Positions 58,823 to 64,000 of a stretch of 64,000 bases of DNA are shown in pieces. Where the stretch lies: positions 5,371 through 69,370 of the forward strand of contig JAKAIX010000002.1 in assembly GCA_021814165.1 (NCBI GenBank). The letters run 5' to 3'. Numbering within the stretch: the stretch's first letter is position 1; each line of letters starts with the position of its first letter. This DNA is from a bacterium. Its GTDB lineage: Bacteria; Patescibacteriota; Minisyncoccia; UBA6257; GWB1-50-10. Made by a program: the position numbers and the translations under genes. The notes below the pieces were generated by a model. It was not told where the DNA came from. It worked only from the letters and a program-made list of their open reading frames with translations, and did no database searches.

Positions 58823-59281
58823 TTAAAAGATGACTTTATTTAAAAGCGTGTCTATTTGAGAATTATTCGTATCATTGACGGGGACGTTAAAGCGATCTTC
58901 TTCCGAGCGAAGAAGCTCCTGGTTCAGATGGCGCATGCTGTTACTCGAGATCTCCGAGAGTGCGGAGGCGATCGTCTGATCCACCGTCTGGTGATACGTG
59001 ATGGCCTGAAGTTCCACATTGATGGTGAGGTCATTAAACTCCTGGCTTAGCGCTTCGGGATTTCCAACCGCCGAGAGCGCGGGGCTGGGACGAGTAAGCG
59101 AGGTGGCGGTAACAATCGATACGACAAGCATCGCGAATGCCGTTGCCCACAAAGGAAGAATCCCCCACGCTCGATTCCGGTTCCTTGGAAGGGCCAATAT
59201 GCCGCGACGAGTCGCCGCGACAAAATGTTCGTCGGGTTCGATTGTGCTAAGCGTTTTGAGTTGTTTCGCGAGATTGTTCAT
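58823..59281 (-). CDS. Single-TM protein, putative anti-sigma factor
   Basis: Overlaps the sigma gene; short N-terminal domain followed by a TM helix. Confidence 0.55.
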   Translation of the reverse strand: MNNLAKQLKTLSTIEPDEHFVAATRRGILALPRNRNRAWGILPLWATAFAMLVVSIVTATSLTRPSPALSAVGNPEALSQEFNDLTINVELQAITYHQTVDQTIASALSEISSNSMRHLNQELLRSEEDRFNVPVNDTNNSQIDTLLNKVIF

Positions 59282-59819
59282 TTGTTTCTTCGAGATATTT
59301 CTTTAATTGTTTGAGCGCCCGATGTTGAATAACCCGTATCGCTCCCTCGCTTTTCTCGAGTGCCGCCGCAATTTCTTTATTCGGGCGGTCTTCCACAAAT
59401 TTCATGATAAGCACGTCCTGATACGCCGGCTCGAGAAGGGAGAGATATTTCTTTATTCGTTCCACCTCAAGTGCCGTGTCAAGCGTGCGTTCTTCCGTCG
59501 TTTCCGAAACAAGCAAGTATTCGGGTGCTTCATGGAGCGCGACGCTCGGTCTTGAAGTGCGGTAGTAATCAATGATCGCATTTCTTGCAATCCGATAAAG
59601 CCAGCTTGAAAAAGGAAATCCCTGAAATTCGTAGCGTCCGATATTCTTCCACGCGCTTAGGAACACCTCATGCGTAATATCCTCGGCATCCCCCTTTTTC
59701 CCACCTACTTTTAAAAAGACGAAGCGATAGATGGCGGATATATGGCTGTCATAAAGCGCTCCAAAGGCCTCTTCTTTGCCTTCTTTCGCTTTTTGTATTA
59801 ATTGTCGTTCGTCTTCCAT
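59247..59819 (-). CDS. ECF RNA polymerase sigma factor
   Basis: AEDIT.EVF, FSSWLYRIARN.IID, EIA..L..S.GAIRV..HRA. Confidence 0.92.
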   Translation of the reverse strand: MEDERQLIQKAKEGKEEAFGALYDSHISAIYRFVFLKVGGKKGDAEDITHEVFLSAWKNIGRYEFQGFPFSSWLYRIARNAIIDYYRTSRPSVALHEAPEYLLVSETTEERTLDTALEVERIKKYLSLLEPAYQDVLIMKFVEDRPNKEIAAALEKSEGAIRVIQHRALKQLKKYLEETNEQSRETTQNA

Positions 59820-59825
59820 AGGTAG

Positions 59826-59850
59826 AACGATGTTCCCGGCCTTTTGTTTC
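59826..59850 (-). promoter_or_regulatory. Putative ECF-type autoregulatory promoter
   Basis: Minus strand GAAAC-N16-CGTT, 6 nt before the sigma ATG. Confidence 0.6.
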
Positions 59851-59960
59851 TGGGGCAGAAAAACGCTTTGTAACGGAGTGTAACGTTACATAAGAAGCTT
59901 ACCAGACAGCCAACCGGGAGGCAAAACCCGACTTAGAACCGTACTAGTCCCGACGGGCGG

Positions 59961-60257
59961 TCAAAAAGAGGAACGGATGACAAAAAATAAACAGAGATAT
60001 ACCAGAACCATGAGAAGGTTAAACCATATGCAATCCTTACTCAGCGTCCGACTCGCCTGCTTCTTGATGCGAACAACATAGATGGCCTGGAAGAAAGCGA
60101 CAAGATGGATAGAGGCGGGCAGCAAAACAATAAAGAGGGATCCCGGATAAAAATAATAAGCCAACGTGAGTAACAACAACCACGCGCTCATAAGAAACCA
60201 GATTGCGTGGTTGAGATTCCGAAATAATTTTTTACGAACGGCCCACTCGAAAATCAT
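59961..60257 (-). CDS. Small membrane protein
   Basis: 98 aa, three hydrophobic segments. Confidence 0.55.
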   Translation of the reverse strand: MIFEWAVRKKLFRNLNHAIWFLMSAWLLLLTLAYYFYPGSLFIVLLPASIHLVAFFQAIYVVRIKKQASRTLSKDCIWFNLLMVLVYLCLFFVIRSSF

Positions 60258-60266
60258 GAAATTACG

Positions 60267-60674
60267 GTGCGGGATGGGAGAATTATTCTACTAACCTCTT
60301 CCTTCGAAAAGCTATACCAGAAGATGTCTTTAAATACTTTTCAAAGCTTACCGCCTTATTCTTGCTCAAAAAACCGCAAACCCAGATTATCTTCCAGGGC
60401 ATGAATTTTGAGGTGTGTTTGTTAGCGCCATTGTTATGAGAAATGATTCTTTTCTTTAGATCCGAAGTCGAACCTACATAGATTTCTCTTGGAGAACTGG
60501 TGCTTCGAAGAATGTAGACATAATACATAGTAGGTGCGGTCCTTCTTCGCCAAGGCTACGAAGGACACTTCTTCTTTTTTCCTTCTTGTTTTGTTTTTAG
60601 AGTTACCGAATGAAAGGTGAGGTGGCCTGCACTTCGAAGCTCCGGAGGAGCGAAGAAGTGTGCGGGATGGGAGA
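60267..60674 (-). mobile_element. Minimal tRNA-Gly-associated GIY-YIG cassette bounded by 15-bp direct repeats
   Basis: GTGCGGGATGGGAGA at 60267..60281 and 60660..60674 (the tRNA 3' end). Confidence 0.7.
60283..60528 (-). CDS. Small GIY-YIG nuclease
   Basis: YYVYIL.S...IYVGST.DL.KR...HN.G...T....PW, A..FE.YLK...G. Confidence 0.88.
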   Translation of the reverse strand: MYYVYILRSTSSPREIYVGSTSDLKKRIISHNNGANKHTSKFMPWKIIWVCGFLSKNKAVSFEKYLKTSSGIAFRRKRLVE

Positions 60675-60731
60675 GTCGAACTCCCGACTTCAGTTTGGAA
60701 AACTGACATTTTACCGCTAAACTAATCCCGC
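60661..60731 (-). tRNA. tRNA-Gly(TCC)
   Basis: GCGGGAT..TCAGT-TTTCCAA-ACTGA..GTTCGACTC..ATCCCGCA. Confidence 0.92.
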
Positions 60732-60897
60732 GAATAAATCCCGTTTCAGCATCTATCATTGCATAAAACGGAAATTCCGCGCAAGAAGGGTGTTTCTTAA
60801 CGAAAGCACGACAATTGGAAAATCCATATATTGGCTTCTTCCGCAAAGAGAATAGCCGAAAAAGAAGTCGTGTGCTACAGTATAGGAAAAGACAGGT

Positions 60898-61491
60898 ATG
60901 GGGTCTTTTTCCAAGAAAACGATTTTTAGCGCCGTTGTCCTTCTCGCGATTGCAGGAGGCATTATTTATTATTCGGGAAAGGGGTTGCAAAATGTGCCCC
61001 CCTCCTTCATGGAGGCGCGAAAAGCGGCCGCTACGGTGAGTCAGGATATCGTAACGCTGACTTCAAAGACTAACGCGACGATCCAGACCATCAACGCGAC
61101 GGAAAAAACCGGGTCCGCGGATCGGATACTCGGACTCATCGACGAAGCGCGCGCGACAAACGCCCAGGCATACCAGAAGGCCTTCGAACTTTCAAAAGAT
61201 CTTCAACAGATGACGGAAGCGTTAAGCCAGGTTGGGCCCCGCGAAAGCCAACGGCTCGCATACGAGGCGATTGCGATCGAGCTTTCCCTCACGAGTGAAT
61301 TCATTACTTACACGGGCGCACTGGGCGACTTTCTAAGCGCTCTCGCAAAAACGACAACCACCGGCGTCTACGGAAATCGTCAGACGATTGCCCAGGAGCT
61401 TGCTACCGTAAACGCAAAAGCGGCGATTATCAACAATCTGAACCGCGAGTTTAACGAGAAGATGACGGCATTCGACGCATCACTACAATGA
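60898..61491 (+). CDS. Membrane-anchored helical hypothetical protein
   Basis: N-terminal TM; ATGA overlap with the next gene. Confidence 0.65.
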   Translation: MGSFSKKTIFSAVVLLAIAGGIIYYSGKGLQNVPPSFMEARKAAATVSQDIVTLTSKTNATIQTINATEKTGSADRILGLIDEARATNAQAYQKAFELSKDLQQMTEALSQVGPRESQRLAYEAIAIELSLTSEFITYTGALGDFLSALAKTTTTGVYGNRQTIAQELATVNAKAAIINNLNREFNEKMTAFDASLQ

Positions 61492-61850
61492 AATTCATAG
61501 GAAGGATTATATTCCACATAATTTCGAACGCCTTCGCGCTTTTTATCGCGGCTCAGGTGGTCAACGGATTTCTTTTCCAGGGAGATCTCCTGGCGCTCTT
61601 CATCGCCGCTCTTATTCTTACCGTTATTAATGCGCTCTTGAAGCCGATCCTGAAGCTTATCCTAGGACCGCTCATCCTTCTCACGTTCGGGATTATTACC
61701 ATAGTTATCAACGCGTTTTCTCTTTACGTTCTTGACATGTTGAGCCCCGCGATTACAATTCAAGGGTATATTCCCCTCCTTCTTGCGACGCTTATTATAG
61801 GAGCGGTGAACATCATATTCGGCTTCTCGGCAAAAGCGACACACGAATAA
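61488..61850 (+). CDS. Phage holin family (YvlD-like) membrane protein
   Basis: N...KPILK....P...LT.G....VINA. Confidence 0.8.
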   Translation: MKFIGRIIFHIISNAFALFIAAQVVNGFLFQGDLLALFIAALILTVINALLKPILKLILGPLILLTFGIITIVINAFSLYVLDMLSPAITIQGYIPLLLATLIIGAVNIIFGFSAKATHE

Positions 61851-61855
61851 TCTTT

Positions 61856-62065
61856 ATGCTTCTTATCGGACAAATCGTAGTTTCCATCATTCTTATTGCG
61901 CTCATCCTCGTTCAAGAACGTTCCAGCGGCCTCTCGGGCGTATTCGGCGGCCAAGGCGCAACCCCTTACCAAACGCGGCGAGGTCTCGAAAAAGCGATCT
62001 ACTGGGGCACTATCGTTGCCGCCGCGATCTTCGCGCTGCTCGCCATTCTGAATCTCGTTCTATAG
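61856..62065 (+). CDS. secG: Preprotein translocase subunit SecG
   Basis: IL.Q.R.SGL..VFGG, TRRG.EK, two TM helices. Confidence 0.85.
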   Translation: MLLIGQIVVSIILIALILVQERSSGLSGVFGGQGATPYQTRRGLEKAIYWGTIVAAAIFALLAILNLVL

Positions 62066-62116
62066 ACCCTCTTATCCTTTCCCGCGAAAGGCGCATCCCC
62101 TCTTTAAGAACGGAGC

Positions 62117-63733
62117 ATGGCTATCTTGAAGCAAATATTCGCGCATTTTTCTTCGAAGGAACAAAAGTGGTTCGTTGCTTCCGCAATTGTATTTTTCCTC
62201 GCACTCATCGCGCATACCACCCTCGCGATACACGACCACAGCGTATTCGTTCCCGTTGAGGGGGGAAGTTATCACGAGGGGTTCGTGGGGCAGCCGATCG
62301 CGCTGAACCCCATACTATCGAATAATCCGATTGATCAGGAAATAAGTTCATTGCTCTTCACGCGGCTCGAAAATCTTATGAGCGGCTATGAAGTAAGCGA
62401 TGACGGCAGGGAATATACCCTGAAACTGAAAGAGAACCTGCGTTGGAGCGATAATGAGCCTCTCACCTCCGACGATGTACTATTCACCATAAAAACCATA
62501 CAGAATCCCGATGCGTATTCCCCTCTCGCAAAAAGCTGGCAGGGAATCGCCGTTGAACGGGTAAGCCAGCTCCAGGTGAAGCTGACGCTTCTTTCCCCGT
62601 ATGTGTTTTTTGCCGACAACATCGCGCATCTTCCCGTTGTCCCGAAACATATTTATGGAACAATTCCCGTTCAGAACTTCCGCCTCTCGGGCTATAATCT
62701 CGAACCGGTGGGAAGCGGCCCGTACCGATTCGAAAAATTCACGAAACGGAAGGATGGGTTTATCACTCAATATCAATTCGTGGCGAACGACAACTTCGTC
62801 GGGACAAGACCTTATATCCGCGATTTCTACTTCGATTTCTTTCAGAACACGGACGACCTCAAGCGTGCGCTTGCGAAACGCGACATCAACGCATTCGGTA
62901 CCGCGGCGCCGCTTTCCGCGGATACGTTGGATATGAAAGGCCTCGTCGTCCAGAAAATTCCCATGCCGAACTACTATGCGATTTTCTTCAATCAAAACAG
63001 CAACCCGCTTCTCCGTGACGATTCGATACGTGAAGCGCTTGTTGCCGCAATAGACCAGAACGCGATTACAAAGGATGTGCTGCAAGGGAATGCCATTCCG
63101 GTATTCGGCCCGCATCTCGTATTTGAACGCGACAGCATCACGAGCGGCGATGCCACATTCGATCCCGACCGCGCACGCGAACTGATAAGCGCTTTTAAAA
63201 CAAAAAACAAGAACGAACGGATTGAGATCGCGCTTTCCGTTCCCGACGCGTCCTTTCTCAAGGATGTCGCCGAATATGTGAAAACCGCGTGGATGAATGC
63301 CGGCATCGACGAGGTAACTATCCGCGTATTCAACCCGAGCGACCCGACCGATGCCACGATAAAATCGCGGGATTACGAGATGATACTTTTCGGGAATGTG
63401 CTCGAGAATCCGGAAGATCTGTTTCCTTTCTGGCACTCTTCCCAGCGCGCGTACCCCGGATTCAATCTTGCGCTGTATTCCAATCAGAAGGTGGACACCG
63501 CGATAGAAGCTGCTCGTCAATCGGGTGTCGCGTCGCGCAGGAGCGCGCAGGTCACCCAAGAAACCTCGCTTATCATGGCGGATGCGCCGGCGTTATTCCT
63601 TTTCTCTCTTCCCTACACGTATGTGCATACGCCGTCACTCAAAGGATTTTCCCCGAAGACGCTGGGAACCCCTGCGGATCGTTTCAATATGGTGGACGGC
63701 TGGTATGTCGCCGAGGTGCGGATAGTACAATAA
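62117..63733 (+). CDS. Peptide ABC transporter substrate-binding protein (family 5)
   Basis: GG.Y.EG..G.P..LNP, WSD..PLTSDDV.FT, PVGSGPY, FWHSSQ. Confidence 0.85.
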   Translation: MAILKQIFAHFSSKEQKWFVASAIVFFLALIAHTTLAIHDHSVFVPVEGGSYHEGFVGQPIALNPILSNNPIDQEISSLLFTRLENLMSGYEVSDDGREYTLKLKENLRWSDNEPLTSDDVLFTIKTIQNPDAYSPLAKSWQGIAVERVSQLQVKLTLLSPYVFFADNIAHLPVVPKHIYGTIPVQNFRLSGYNLEPVGSGPYRFEKFTKRKDGFITQYQFVANDNFVGTRPYIRDFYFDFFQNTDDLKRALAKRDINAFGTAAPLSADTLDMKGLVVQKIPMPNYYAIFFNQNSNPLLRDDSIREALVAAIDQNAITKDVLQGNAIPVFGPHLVFERDSITSGDATFDPDRARELISAFKTKNKNERIEIALSVPDASFLKDVAEYVKTAWMNAGIDEVTIRVFNPSDPTDATIKSRDYEMILFGNVLENPEDLFPFWHSSQRAYPGFNLALYSNQKVDTAIEAARQSGVASRRSAQVTQETSLIMADAPALFLFSLPYTYVHTPSLKGFSPKTLGTPADRFNMVDGWYVAEVRIVQ

Positions 63734-63737
63734 TCAC

Positions 63738-64000
63738 ATGGATTCTTATGAAAAAGACATTCTCGGGTTTCGGGACCAGCTCGATGGGAAGGGGCTCTTG
63801 CCATGGGAGCTCCAAAAACTCGGCTCGTTTTCTCCCGACGGGATAGTAATTCTCGGAATGGGAGGTTCTGGCATGTCGGGAATATGTTTCAAGGCAACGG
63901 CATCCTCACTCGGGATAAAAGTGCCGGTTGTAGTCGTAGAAAACGCCGCGCTCCCTTTTCTTTTCTTCAAGCGCCCGTTCTTTATTTCGGTATCATTTTC
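63738..64000 (+). CDS. SIS-domain phosphoglucose/phosphomannose isomerase-like protein, 5' part (truncated by the window)
   Basis: Manual translation MDSYEKDILGF...GIVILGMGGSG...ISVSF, open to the window edge. Confidence 0.7.
   Translation, partial: MDSYEKDILGFRDQLDGKGLLPWELQKLGSFSPDGIVILGMGGSGMSGICFKATASSLGIKVPVVVVENAALPFLFFKRPFFISVSF

Noticed and set aside
61488-61850. Prophage inferred from the holin-family gene
   Set aside because: This is a housekeeping YvlD-like gene next to secG, and no other phage genes are present.
1-64000. Alternative genetic code (TGA=Gly) or a diversity-generating retroelement
   Set aside because: Conserved genes end normally at TGA. No reverse transcriptase or adenine-specific TR/VR pair was seen, and the phhB duplicate differs at synonymous rather than A-specific sites.

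Overview
A 64-kb bacterial chromosome segment using standard code 11 (TGA is used as a stop). It most likely comes from a Patescibacteria/CPR (Parcubacteria-like) genome; this is an inference from gene content, leaderless starts and the rny-hup and tRNA-Gly/holin/secG/SBP gene order. Bases 1-28.3 kb are a large surface-glycan locus: rml genes, GDP-heptose genes, a NeuB/NeuA/HAD ulosonate module, six methyltransferases and several glycosyltransferases. It is followed by two O-antigen-ligase-like paralogs and a 1139-aa Ser/Thr-rich surface protein. The remainder is housekeeping (clpB, htrA, iscS, pduO, tmk, gdhA, gpmI, rny, hup, ECF sigma, secG) with 5 tRNAs. The most unusual signal is a set of small palindromic elements: (i) in-frame insertions in loops of IscS and of an O-antigen ligase; (ii) five ~92-bp heptamer-periodic hairpins between genes; (iii) two 85-nt hairpins with an identical 45-nt core but unrelated stems; (iv) a duplicated, synonymously recoded gene 3' end; and (v) a ~0.4-kb integrase-less GIY-YIG cassette at tRNA-Gly bounded by a 15-bp duplication. 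All calls are from reading the sequence; no database searches were run.
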